Shown: positions 12,132-25,288 of the stretch, piece by piece
How positions within the stretch are numbered: position 1 is the first letter of the stretch
How the letters are laid out: the number at the start of each line of letters is the position of its first letter
Origin: Callorhinchus milii
Lineage: Eukaryota
Assembly (NCBI RefSeq): GCF_018977255.1
Contig: NW_024704743.1
Coordinates: 76,820,001-76,884,000, forward strand
Length of the DNA: 64,000 bases
Reading direction: 5' to 3'
Program-made: the position numbers and the translations under genes
The notes under the pieces: model-generated
What the model saw: only the letters and a program-made list of their open reading frames with translations
The model's database searches: none
Told to the model about the DNA's origin: nothing

Positions 12132-14724
12132 AAGCGTACAGCCACCTGGAGAAGGTGAGGCTGTACTGTATGATTTAATGGGCTCTTTTGTGTCTCTGTG
12201 TATGTAGATATGTCTATATAAGAGATGAATGCAGTCCTAGCACGATGACAATATGTGCCAAATTGAGTGTTAGGAGACGAACCCAAAGGCTCTGTGGTGG
12301 TATTTTTGTTTCTTTATTCAGAAATCATGTTACTGACCACCACATATTAGAGCCAACTATCAAAATACTGGGGATTGTTCCACTATGTGAACTAACTGAG
12401 CAATTCTTTCATTCTGTACTTATGTGGAGATATCCCATTAGAATTACCCATTGAAACGTTTGCTTGATTTAGGGAATGTAGCAGAATAAATCCCAGAGTA
12501 TTTGTTTAAGTGGTTCAGTTGCTAATGGTTATAGGGATAGTCAACAGAAAAAAACAAAGCTCTTGGAGAAATTTTGAGGCAACATCTTGCAAAAAAAATG
12601 AAAGAGACACTCATGTGGGGTTAAGAGAGGTTACTTTTCCCTCTGAAGACTGTTCAAAGGAGACTGAGATATATCAGTGCATGGTGGCTTTATCTATAAG
12701 AGGTTTGTATGCTTTGATCCAAAGGTGGGACAAACAGAACTGTTCACTGAAGAAATAGTAAACTATGTGCCTCTTCTTTCAACAAATGGAGATATTTATG
12801 TGTGGTTAACAGAGGCTTCTCTCCCTCTTAAACTCTTTCAAAATGGGCTCAAATTGCTCCCCCCACCCACTTCATTAATGTTTGGTACCAGGCTGTGAGA
12901 GCCAAACTTAAATTATATTTACACAAAGTGAAATCAATCCCATCTATTTTCCAATTTTTAGTTACTGGATTTTGTTTCATCATCTTGTTTAGAAATGAAG
13001 GTTCTGTTTTTCATAAATCATTCCCTGAATTAATTTCAAATGTGGCACTCTGTCTGCTGTGGATTTGAGTTTGAAGTGCTGGACAGGATACGGCCTGTGA
13101 GCAGTTATCGACCAAGCAATCTTGAGATCAATTATTCTATGGGGGAGGGAAAAGAGAGAGAAGCTGAGTGCTGAATATTGTGTTGCACTTGTTATAATCT
13201 GTAGATGTATTCCAAAGGATGAGGTGGTCTGATCCATACTATTGAGCTGCATGTCTACCAGAGAATCTTTCATGTTATTTTGCTTATTGGACTCAGATTA
13301 TCCAAGGTAGCAGCAACAACAACAACTTGCATTTATATCACATCCTTCACATGGGTAGCATCTTGGAGCACTTAACAGTGGTGGAGTTTGACATCAAGCT
13401 GCAGAGAAAGGGGAGGACAACAGCACAGTCGAAACAAGAAAATAACTATTTGTATTTTATAGCGGCTTTCATGTTGGATAGTGTCTCAGAACTCTTTACG
13501 AAGACCCGTTCGATGATAAAGAACAGTTGGGTTAAAAGAGTACCTGGCAGAAAACCAAAGTTCACCTCAGAGCTGAGTTCTCGTGAATCAGGCGTAAAAC
13601 ACGTGGCAATCCCAGCAGAACGAGCACTCGATGTCCTGAAGTGCTTTTCCTGGTGTGGGGCGTAATTTTCCTTTTGCTAATGAATGCTTTTTGAACCCTA
13701 CTGCCAGGCAGGCAGTTTGTTTTCCATATACTTTTAAAATATTCATAAAGTAACTCCCTATGATTGGTGTTACTATAAGGTGAAAAATGTGGTGTGTGAT
13801 CAAGCTATCACCAGAGATAATTATCACATCACATCCAGCACGATTCAACTTTCTATTCTCATCCAAACCAATTTCTCGTTCTCTGTGCTGCACTAAAACA
13901 ATTTGACTAACTTAGAAATAATACTAGATAATCAGACACAAAATTATATATAAAATTATGTTTTTCATACCTAGAAAGTATCAAAGTTGTTATGCTTTTG
14001 CCTCTTAATTTTTTTGTGACGGTAAGTTTCCATCAAAGGTACAATTTGTGGCATTTTGTGAGTGAAAATGACATTGCATTTTCAGTAGGAGAAGCTTTGT
14101 GGACCAATTAACTCAGACATTGCTCCCTTTCAGCATGAGAGGGAGAACCCAAGTCGGGTTGTGGCTTAATGAATCAGGCTTTAAAGCTGCACGGCCACAA
14201 TTTATGTGGGACAAAAATGTGTTTGGAGATATTCTGAACATCCTGTGTTATTTTTTCATTGTCTCTGTTATTTGGAAAAACTTCAGTTTTCTAGACATCA
14301 ATTTTCCATGTACTTTGCCGGGAGGAGAGAGGTGGGGGAGAAGCATGGTTGGTTTGTTGCAGAATTTGTCTCAATTTATCTACAACCAGTTCTAATAGTA
14401 CAGATTTGGGGCCAAATGGTGTTCTAATTACCAAACACTGGAGCTCAGTGCCCCACTCTACCTGGAGGAATTCTTGATTTATGTGGCAGTTCTCTGGTTT
14501 ATAATAAATAGATCAGTGAGTTTCTGGATCTATTATGCACTGACGCACAATATTTATCTTTTCATTACTTGTTTCTAATAGGAAATAATATTTGAAACAA
14601 GTAATGAAAGGTTTTAAACAATCAGTGCATAACAGACCCTGAGTTAATAAAACTTCAACAAAATACAATGCCGTTTAAATAATTATCCAAAGAGAAAAAC
14701 TCTATTTTAGTTTCCAAAATATTG

Positions 14725-14950
14725 AGAAACTTCACCTGGTTCTGGATTTACTGTATTTTCTAAGCATTTCTGAGTGTTAAAAATAAAAACTCCACTATTT
14801 TCCAAATTTTCCAGTTTGTCTTCATTAGTTCTGAAAAGAAACTTACAGAAAGCCGACTTAAAAAATGAAGACTGTATTTAAGAATTTGCCAGTCTAAACT
14901 CTCTGAAATGCTAACAAAATAGAATAAATCTGGACCCAAGTGGAATTTCT
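14725..14950. mobile_element. MITE-like fold-back element with about 50-bp imperfect TIRs; related copies at about 2268-2460, 9454-9670 and 36027-37143 (split by an L2)
   Basis: Left agaaacttcacctggttctggatttactgtatttt.. matches the reverse complement of right ..aaaatagaataaatctggacccaagtggaatttct; shared internal aagaaacttacagaaag. Confidence 0.75.
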
Positions 14951-15080
14951 AACCTTATATCTAGGTTGAAAAGGCGGTTTCATCACCAGCCTTCACTGCA
15001 AACAATGATTGTTGGGAGGAATAATGGATTTTAACATTGTTCTGTGTTTTTACTGTGTTGAAGATATTTAAAAATAAAAA

Positions 15081-15452
15081 ATAATAATAATCCTTGCAGT
15101 TGAAGTGGCGCCTTATCATGTCTTCGAGACATCTCAAAACCCTTCACAGAATATACTGTAAAGTGAATTGGCTGTATATTTTGTGATTGAAAAGCTGCAG
15201 CCAATTGTGCACAGCAGTGTCCCACAAACAGTCGTGGATTGAGTGATCAATTTATTATTATATTTTTTGAAGGAATTATTACTCCTGGAAAAGCGATTTG
15301 CCAATTGACTAACAACCGTGTTCCTAGTTACTGCTAGGTAAGCAGGGGTGTGTGGAGTAAGGAAACTTGCCCAATGTCTCATCCTGCCGGGAATCGAACC
15401 CGGGTCGCTCGCTTGCGAGGCGAGCGCTCTAACCACTGAGCTACAGGACTCC
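15081..15452 (-). mobile_element. tRNA(Ala)-headed Deu-type SINE, longer variant
   Basis: A box TAGCTCAGTGG, B box GGTTCGATTCC, core TGTGGGACACTGCTGTGCACAATTGGCTGC, L2-like tail and (TAT)n. Confidence 0.9.
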
Positions 15453-16680
15453 ACATTTATGTTATATTTAAAGTTGCTGACTGGAAGGAATCACTGAGCT
15501 CAACAGTCCAAGTAAATTTACACAGATGAAATTATAGTTGCTGAACCAACTTGGATTGCGGGTGGACATCCAGTGGAGGACTTGCTCTTTGAAAGGGCTC
15601 GGAAGTTTCATGGAAAAAGAAATGGCTGATTTGTGCCAAAAAACATAAAACATCATCCAAACCCCTGACCCAATCATGACCAACTCCAGCCCTCGGGCTC
15701 AGTGTGAGATTGATTAGAATAGGTGTGGGACCAGGTTATTGATTAGACTAGATGCGGCTGTTTTATTGATCAGATCAGGTGTTAGAGAGTGTCATGACTC
15801 CATGTGGTTTACTGGAGATTGTCTGGAGAAATAGATGCTTAAGTTGTGGGAGATTGCCATCAGCTGACAGTCCTGCTGGAGAACATTTTAGACACCATCC
15901 TCCATAAAGATTATTTTGTGCCGACTCTTGTTGGGATACAGTTACACAAACACTGACTGAGTTCCCAGTTCCACAAAAGATTTATTCGCTGTGTCATTTG
16001 GGATCTTTTCTGCCTTAGTTTATTTATGAATACAAACTAGATTGAACAAAATCCATAGATCTATAGAAAATATCTTAAACCCTCATGTTGCCTAAATAAA
16101 CAGCCTTGCGATGTCTATGCGGTGTGGAAGGTACTATATAAATGTAAATTATGTTGTAAACAGGAAAGTCGTTATAGAAACAACTCAGAATGTTACAGAA
16201 GTTACTGTCAGGTGTAATGAGTGCTTTATAGCCAAATGCAGCAACAGTTCTGTGTCCCATAAACTCCTGTGAAGCGCTTTGGAAAGGCTCGACAATGTGA
16301 TAAAGCATTATATCAAATGCAAGGATTAGTATAATTATTTTTATATGTTTACTGCCCATCTAAACAGGCAGACAGCTTACTATCTCATCCCAAAGTCAGC
16401 ATCTCCAGCAATGTAGCACTCCCTGGTGCTACACTGGAATGTAAGCCTGAACTATGAGCTCAAGTTCCTTTGTGGGGATTAATCCTTCAACACTCTCATC
16501 TGGAGATGAAAAGATGTTTCTGATCTCGTTCCAGTTTGAATTTGGTTGAGATTTTCCTCTGAGAAGTTAGAGCTATTATGATAAGTCATTTCCAAATATA
16601 GTCAGTAATATTGATACACTGTCAATCACCAGCTCTTGTGGTGCAGTCTGGGATAACCCTGGGACATCTGACATGTGTGC

Positions 16681-16992
16681 GGAGTTCTGTAGCTCAGTGG
16701 TTAGAGCACTCGCTTTGCAAGTGAGAGACCTGAGTTCAATTCCAGTCAGGGTGAAACCTTGGGCAAGTTTCCTTACTCCACACACCTAATAATAATCCCT
16801 CCAAAACCAAAACCAATAATAAATTGGTCATTTTCAATCCACGACTGTTTGTGGGACATTGCTGTGCGCAATTGGCTGCGCGTTCGCCCACAAATATACA
16901 GTCAAATTCACTTTACAGTATATTCTGTGAAGCGCTTTGGGACGTCTAGAAAACGTGAAAAGCACTATATCAAATGCAAGGATTATTATTAT
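16681..16992 (+). mobile_element. tRNA-headed Deu-type SINE
   Basis: A/B boxes, Deu-like core, (tat)n tail. Confidence 0.9.
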
Positions 16993-17684
16993 GATGTGCA
17001 GTTGACATTTCATGAATTAAAGCCCCACGTTTGCTTTCGTAAAACAAACCACGTATGTGTGTTTTATTTACATTCAATTAAACTGCTGCCACCATTAGAT
17101 TGTAATTAATCCCATTGCAGCCAAACCCACAGGATATCAGGTCTCATTAGCAAGCACAGCCGGCTCAAGGTGATGGGATTGCCCGATTATAAACTGGAGT
17201 CAAGTGAGGTTTAGACAATTTTTGTGGGGAAAGGAGGTTGAAAATAGAAATCACAGCGCTTTGAAACTAAGCAAAATTGAGTTTTCACAAGTGTTATTTT
17301 TTCACAATCTGTACAATGAACAATTCCATTACACATTGACTCAGGTGTCTGGTTGTGTCTGGTCAATATTAGCTCGGTATGACTTGTAGAGCAGTTCTCT
17401 TGAAGGCAAGGCTGCCCACTATGATTCACTTTATTCGATGTATTCATTGATGATGTATCGAGGGGGATGGATTTGATGTAATGTGTTCCAGGCGTCCCTG
17501 ATAGAATTGCAGCGTTCTGTTTGTGGATGATATTCTGCTATTGGCAAACTCACCTGGGGATCTTGTGCACTGCACTTCCCAATCTTGGAAACACTGGGCC
17601 ATTCAGTATGGAGTTCAGTATTATGGCTCTAAACAGCTTAAGAGGGTATCTTGAAGATATTGAATGGAAGATAGAGGGGCCATC

Positions 17685-18455
17685 AACAACAACAACATGG
17701 ATTTATATAGCACCCTCCACACCGGACAGCATCTCAGAACGCTTCGCAGTAACAGATCCCAGGGTCAAGCCAGGGGAAGGGGGAGGAAGGTGACCAAAGA
17801 CGCGGTTGAAAAGAAAGGTCTTCAGCTGAGACCTGAAAATAGGAAGAGAGGGGTTGAGGCGAACGGAGTGAGGAAAGGAGTTCCAGAGCCTCGGGGCATA
17901 GTGGCTGAAGGCAGGGCCGCCGATGGTGGAGCGGAGGATTCGGGGGACAAGGAGGAGGCCAGACCCGGTGGAGCGAAAGCAACGGGCACTGTTGTGAGGA
18001 GAGAAATTAGAGAGGTAGGGGATTCAGAGGAGTGGAGGGATTTGAAGATTTGAAGATTTGGTGTGATCTTGAAGTCGATCCTCTCTGGATCAGGCAGCCA
18101 GTGCAGTCTGGCAAGGACTGGGGTAATCAGGGAGTGGAGTTTGGTGCAGGTAAGAATGCGGGCGGCAGAGTTTTGGATGACCTGAATTTTATGAATGGTA
18201 ATGGAGGGGATGTTGGCGAGAAGGGCATTTGAATAGTCCACCTGAGAGTTGACAAAGGCATGGAACAGGGTTTCAGCGGCTTTTGGAGTGAGGTATTGGT
18301 GGAGACGGGCGATGCGTCGGAGGTGGAAGAAAGCGGTGCTGGTGAGGGATTGGATGTGGGGGAGGAAGGGTAATTGGGGGTTGAACCTGATGCCTAGGTT
18401 TCATACGGGTTCAGAGAGTTTTAGGCGGAGGTCGGGTAGGTTGAGGAGGTGAGAA
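17685..18455 (-). mobile_element. L2 LINE 3' part
   Basis: DYSNALL, QNSAARIL, LHWLP on the minus strand; (caa)n tail at 17685. Confidence 0.9.
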
Positions 18456-18471
18456 CCATGCGATTTTAGAC

Positions 18472-19963
18472 ATCATCAATCTGTCCCTCTCCTCTGGCTC
18501 TGTTCCCATTCCCCTAAAAACTGCCACCATCACTCCCACTTTGAAAAAACCCTCCCTTGATGCGTCGCAGCTATCAAGCTACCGGCCCATCTCCAACCTT
18601 CCCTTCCTATCCAAGGTCCTTGAAAGAGTTGTCGCCTCCCAGCTGCACTCTTCTCTCTCCACCCATTCATTATTCGAACTCCTCCAGTCGGGTTTCCGTG
18701 CTGCCCATAGCACAGAAATCGCCCTGGTCAAGGTCACTAATGACATCTTGACCATCTGCGACCAGGGCTCCCTCTGCCTCCTCGTCCTCCTCGACCTATC
18801 GGCTGTATTCGATACGGTCGACCACGCTATCCTCCTCCACCGCTTGTCCTCCCACCTCAACCTTCAAGGCCCTGTCCTTGAGTGGTTTAGGTCGTCTTCA
18901 TTTTGTTTCCACAAATGGCTTTTCCTCCAGCCCCCGCACTGTCTCGTGCGGTGTCCCTCAGGGCTCTGTCCTCGGTCCCCTCCTCTTCACCCTCTATATG
19001 CTCCCCCTTGGTGACATCATCCGCAGACATGGGGTTAACTTCCACATGTATGCGGATGACACCCAACTCTACCTTTCCTCCTCTACCCTCAACTCCACGA
19101 CCACCGATGTCCTGACAGCTGCCTGTCCGACATTGAGTCCTGGATGAGAGATAACTTTCTTCAGCTCAACGTGCGCAAAACTGAGGCCCTCCTGATTGGC
19201 TCACGTCAGCGCCTCTGCACCTCAGGCGCTGACAGCATCAGCATCCAAGGCTGCACTCTCCACCTCTCAAAGCCAGTCAGGAACCTCGGGGTTCTGTTCG
19301 ACCCTGAGCTGTCCTTTCTTCCTCATATCCGCGCCACAACTGGCACCGCCTTTCATCACCTCCGGAATATCGCCAGACTACAGCACTACCTCACCCCCCT
19401 GGTCCACGCCTTTATTACCTCAAGGCTGGACTATGGGAACTCTCTCCTCGCCGGCCTTCCCGGCACCTCCCTCCACAAGCTGCAGGTCATTCAGAACTCT
19501 TCCCATCCCTCAGAGGATCGAATTCAAGATCCTCATCCTCACCTACAAGGCCATTCATGGCCTTGCTCCCTCCTACCTCTCCGACCTACTGTTCCCCTAC
19601 TTACCTGTCCGTACCCTCCGTTCCTCTGGCTCGGGTCTGCTCCACATCCCCCGCCCCAACCGCCCTACCATCGGTGGCCGGGCCTTCAGCCTCTCAGCCC
19701 CTAGGCTCTGGAATTCCATCCCCCAGTGCCTTCGCCTTGCTTCCTCCCTTTCCTCCTTCAAGGCTGGTCTCAAGACCTTTCTCTTTAACCGTGCCTTCAG
19801 CTCCCCTCTCGACGCTCTACCCCCTCCTCGCTCCCTCCCTTCCCTCCCCTCACCCTGACCATTTCCCCCCTGCTCGGGTAAAGACCCAAATGTCCAGCGC
19901 CTTGGGACGTCCTCCCGACGTGAAAGGCGCTCTATAAATGAAATCTTGTTGTTGTTGTTGTTG
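18472..19963 (+). mobile_element. Relatively young 5'-truncated L2 LINE (RT + 3'UTR, frameshifted)
   Basis: [61 protein letters not shown] stem and (gtt)n tail. Confidence 0.95.
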
Positions 19964-22900
19964 ATGAGTGGTGTGATTTGCTTTAAAAGAAACATTGAGA
20001 GACCACCTCATGGAGGTATTCTTGCTCTTCTCCAGCTTCTGCAACCTGCATTAGAACGGCAATAAAATCGAGGACCAAATTTATATAACCTTCCCATTAT
20101 TTTATCACAAATGATAATGATTTATTATTTTAACTGTTTAACAGATTGCTGTGCATGCAAGAATCATGTTCAGTGTTTTTCTTAAGCAGATCATGATGCC
20201 GAGCCACACTATAACTCTATGCTACCATTTTACACTGTTCAGATTAGGATTAAGCCAAGGCAAATTTCCTTACACCATTAGGACTAAGTGGTGTCCAAAC
20301 TAGTAAAACCATAGCTCAAAGCAATGTTGCAATACTACAGCCCTCACCGCACATTCAACACAAACATTATTTTAAGCAGCAATACGCTTTGTCGTTTAGC
20401 AAGCTGTCTCAAGTAACTCTGCACTCAGCCCACCTCCACATCTACAAAACAAAGAGTATATTCCATCAGAGAAGCAATATCTGCCACTACGATAAATATT
20501 GCAATTCATTCTTGCAGCTGGGTGAACATTCATAAGCCTCAATAAAGCTCTCAGCCTTCACTCTTGCAGGTTAGGATACCATGTGATTGTGTAAAAGTCA
20601 GGTAAGTTTCTGCAAGGTACCTATCATCCTTCGCGTTTCTTATGCTGCTACTCATTCCTACCTTGAGTCCTCCCCTTCCTAATGTGTTGCGGATAAAGAT
20701 CTGAATTATACTGAAGTTTTTTATGATAGAAAGAAACACATTTTGAATGTACTTAAATTGCTTTTCTTTAATGGTATGACATTACTACTTGAGTTCAAAG
20801 GTTAGCTTTCTGGGCAGCTTTGTGCAAGTGCGAGGAAATGAAGCGATGCTACAGACTGAAGGGAGACGTGAAAGCCTTCAGTCCGTCCTTCAGTGAAACC
20901 ACTTAGTTCTTCAGTTTCATTCCAAAGCCTTTTGTCCCACCAGCTTTCATTGTGCTGCGGATCACAAGGATATAAATTTAATTTTTATGGTCCTAATATG
21001 ATCAAGTGAGACCATTTGTTGTCAGAAACTGAGGAGCTGTAGTAAAGCCAAATGGTCCAATAGGAAATTCCTTTCACATCTAAACATTTAACTTGTCAGC
21101 CAACGGAATATCGAATAATGCCTGTTTATCACTTTTCTATGTCATATAATTATGTGCTCATACAGGGGCTATAATAGCACACTTTTAATCTAGCCAGATA
21201 TAAATGAAGTTTAGTGGTAGTAAACTTGATATATGAGAGGTTTTTGCCACTGTATTAAATTATCCTGAAGGATCTTTATTTCTTTCTTTCAGGTTACAAC
21301 GGGCCCACTTGTTCTCTTATATAGTTACCGAACATTCATTCTGAGCTATATGGATGACTCTGTGCTCTGTTTCCATAGTTTTAGCCCTTTCTTGGGCACC
21401 ACATTGGGGATGCTTCAGAATATGTTTCTTCTCTAAACTAGAAGACTGATAAACTGGATTACCACAAGTCACTGCGGTCAATAAAATCCCTACAATTGCC
21501 CCCTCACTAAAGGCATCTCCGCTGAAGGCAAGAAGTGCATAGGCAACATTTGGGCTCTTACCTCTTCCCCCCGCCCCCTCCCTCCTTTAGGCATAGTATG
21601 TCAATGTGAGATGTTTAAACATCATCTTACTGTTTGTTTGTGGCAGAATTTGTAAAGCTGGAATATCTTTAACAAGAAGGTAATGGTGCGTAGAATTCTT
21701 GCCTTTGTGTAGGACGTTAGAACGAGGATACTCTGCTATTTTTGTTGAGGACAACAATCCCATCTCTGTCTCTCCCTCTCTCCTCTCAGCTCCAGCAACA
21801 TCCCAGAGCTGACGGGCTGTGACTGGACGCCCAATGAGCCGGATGTCTGTTGAGTGCCACAGGTGAGACGGAGGTGGGCCGCGAGTGCTCCTTGGTCTGC
21901 GTAATTTGTACTAGTGGTTTACTCGCTGCAGAGTCAAAGTCCGCGGGCGAGGATCGCTCTCTGAATTTACCACTGCATTTAGTCAAAGAACCTTAAAGGG
22001 GCCATGTCATGGTGAAGGGGTGCTTTACAGTTATACAGTGGTCGCAGGGAAAGGCAAGTCGCATAGACTGAGTTTTCTAATGTGTAATTGTTAGTTGAGA
22101 TGGTCAATTGAGTTAGTTTATTCTCTTGCTCAGCTTTATTTTGAGGCTTGCATTTTAAGAAGGTGGAGAAAGATTGTTTCCAAGAACACAGCGATGTACA
22201 CTGTAGCTTCCTCCATGCTGATGCTCTGGCTCCTGTTGATCGCCTGTGTATTTGGTGAAATGCTGTCTATTGTTGAAAATGACTATCAGCCATTGGTTGT
22301 TGGGGGGAAATGCTGTTGTTAAAGGCTTCAGAAAAGACCAAATACCAATAGGAAAATAGAGCTGCTCACTCCACCAATTAATGAGGACCATTTAAGGATT
22401 CAACTCTTAAGAAAGTGGAAATGTTTGTACCAGAAAAAAATGGTAATTATTTCAATGATATGTCTTAAATGCTTTTCCCAAATTCTGTTACTTTAAAATA
22501 ATTTTGTTGATTGACAATTGCATGGAATGTAGAACTTCTCTGTGTTTAAAGGCACACTATCCTTAAACAATAAGGTTTGGCAATCCTTTGTTTTTAATTT
22601 GCAGAGGGAAAACAGCTGGAATGGCAATGTAACACAGTGACATTTTGACATCATTGTGCCAATTGTTTGTGAATAAAGCGAAAGCTTTTCTCAATGTTTG
22701 GCTGAACATAGCATCTCTCTAACCCTGTACGTAGTTTTTTTATGTTCAAGGTCTTTATGAAGGTTGTAAGTTCAGTGAGTCAATATTTGTGAAAATATTT
22801 CACTGAGCCAGCTTAGGTCTTTTTCAAATTGTAATGGGAACTGTCTGCTTCATAAGAACTGCCAGAAGGATTCCAGTCCCAACCATCTACAGCCACCTAT

Positions 22901-25023
22901 ATGGAGCACACTTGGCATAATGAACTCTGTCTATATTGCAACAACATAAACAGTACTTGTGTACCCAGATAGAAATGTACAAAATAATGTTGGTATAAAT
23001 CAAAATTAATATTATTTTGTGCCAGATGTTTCTTAGTCACAAAGTTATTTTTTTCCACTGAATGGTTGTATCAGGACTATAGGGATTAAGGGCACTGATT
23101 ACTGTTAGGTATTAAGTGACCATCCTGGCAGTATGTTGAATGGCACCCCTTAGTATATGTCCATTTGTGGGTGGAGTGATTGTGACCTTTGGGTTGTGAT
23201 TTCAGTCACTATACCCTGTTTTACGGAACTCCTTTCCAGAACCTCATACCTTCGCACCCTTTTTTTTAAACCATTCTAAAAGTTGTGCTTTCAGTCACTT
23301 CCATCCATCCCCCCTCTGTACTTCCCAACTTGCTCAGATTCTGACTTATTTCTATAAAGTGATTTTTGATCTTATGCTTTGTGAAAGGTATTATACAAAT
23401 GCAAGTTGTTATTGATCTGTGCACCAGATCCCAGTGGCTAAATGGCCATGGATAGTGAGCTGTGTATCTTTTGATAATGTTTTGTGTGTCTGATTGTGGT
23501 CTTGGGGCAAACGATATTTAGCCCTGAAACAATGATTTGCAGAGAATTACGAGACAGATTGCAGATCTCAGTAAATAGCAAGACATCAGGAGCTCACCTT
23601 CTACCAAGCTGTTTACAGTCTGATGCATTGCTGTCATTAGACCGTCATAAGAATGGATACTTAGTCACTGGACTGCCAATGATAAATTAATGTTTAGCCA
23701 CTAAAATGCAGTGTGTTGTAAACATGTTCAGCTATTCCTTAAATACAGGGAATGTCTCTGGGCACCTGAGAGCAGTTCATCTCATTCCATTCAAAAAAAT
23801 AAATGAGATAAAACCAGGAAAATATAGACCAGTTATTCTAAACTAGGTCAGAAGTAAATAATGTTAATCTTTTGACTCCTTAAAACCCACTTGGATACCA
23901 GCTTTATATTCAGATTAAAATTGAAATTCAGTGTTTCATTCCTCAAGAGATTAAATAAAATGGGAAGAGAAATGATAAGAGCATTTCTTTTTCCCTCAAT
24001 GAATATCCGCCATATCTAGGGAGTTTTGCCTCTGATAGTCAACTGTCTGTCACCAGTGGTCCCAAGCTCTATCTCCATTACACTGACTCTTGTCTTTCCC
24101 TATTTTATTGCCACTACTATGGCTTTATTTGCTCAAATTGTGTGTGTTTTTCGTATCAGAAGCTGCTGATGGGAGAAAAATATTTGGCGCAACCTTGGGA
24201 AAAGGGCCAAACTTTCACATGTGAGCAGCAGTCCACCTGGAAAAAAATGCTTTGCATTGGGGTTCGAAGTGAGAACTGTTGACAGAGACCTCCCCTAAAG
24301 AAATGCCACACACAAAGAAAAAAATGCTGAGAACAGATAACTTGTTCCTGGAGAATACTCCTTGGAGACAAAGAAAATGTGAACATCAGAACAGCCAGCT
24401 TGGCTTCAGTCAGTCTAGTCTGCATTTTACATTCAAAATAATAGCTTTGTTGAATTGAAAACAATATAAAATATTTCATGATTTTAAGCTTTGCAGGTAA
24501 AAATCTTTAAAAATTATTTTGGAGGAGAATTGTACAGATACTTGAGAAAGAAGAATATTAAAGGGTTACATTTTACTGTTGAAGGAGGGCACAAGAGAGT
24601 AAAATTAGGATAGGTAAGTGATGTGGAACAAAGACAGGTTCAGCCTTGACGGGTTGAATGGCCTATTTCTGTGCTGTAGTGTTGTATGATTTTACTCTGG
24701 GAAAGCCTTCTGCCTCAGGACAGATGTCCTTTTAACCACATCCCTATACTCTATTGGATATCTGGCACATCACAAGTTCTGCCTCTGAACACCGTTACAA
24801 ATGTACCTGGCAAAGCCAGGTTACACTGAAGAAATGAAGGAGTGCTGACTGATGGAGGAACTGATGTTGGAATTATTTGGCTATTATGTGGCTATCGATC
24901 AGGGCAAAATAAAAAGGAATTAGATAAACATTTGAAGAGGGAGAATAGTGACAGTCATCTAAAACGAATACACCTGGAATCAAATGTTTTTCCACCAGCT
25001 TCAAAAGATTGCTCACAGCATAA

Positions 25024-25288
25024 CTGGGTTCAATTCCAGGCAGGGTGAAACCTTGGGGCAAGTTTCCTTACTCCACACGCCTAATAATAATCCCTCCAAA
25101 AACAAAAACAATAATAAATTGATCATTTTCAATCCACGACTGTTTGTGGGACACTGCTGTGCGCAATTGGCTGCCGCATTTCACCCACAAATATACGGTC
25201 AATTCATTTTACAGTCTATTCTGTGAAGCGCTTTGAGACGTCAAGAAGACATGAAAAGTGCTATAACAAATGCAAGGATTATTATTAT
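25024..25288 (+). mobile_element. Deu-type SINE lacking a recognisable 5' head
   Basis: Similar to 16730-16992. Confidence 0.85.

Noticed and set aside
15380..15450. Genuine tRNA-Ala gene
   Set aside because: It continues into a SINE body and L2-like tail, has several relatives in the window and lacks G3:U70. Recorded as a SINE head.
17685..19963. Single L2 with a twin-priming 5' inversion
   Set aside because: Each half has its own 3' tail facing outward and they differ in subfamily sequence, so these are two independent insertions.
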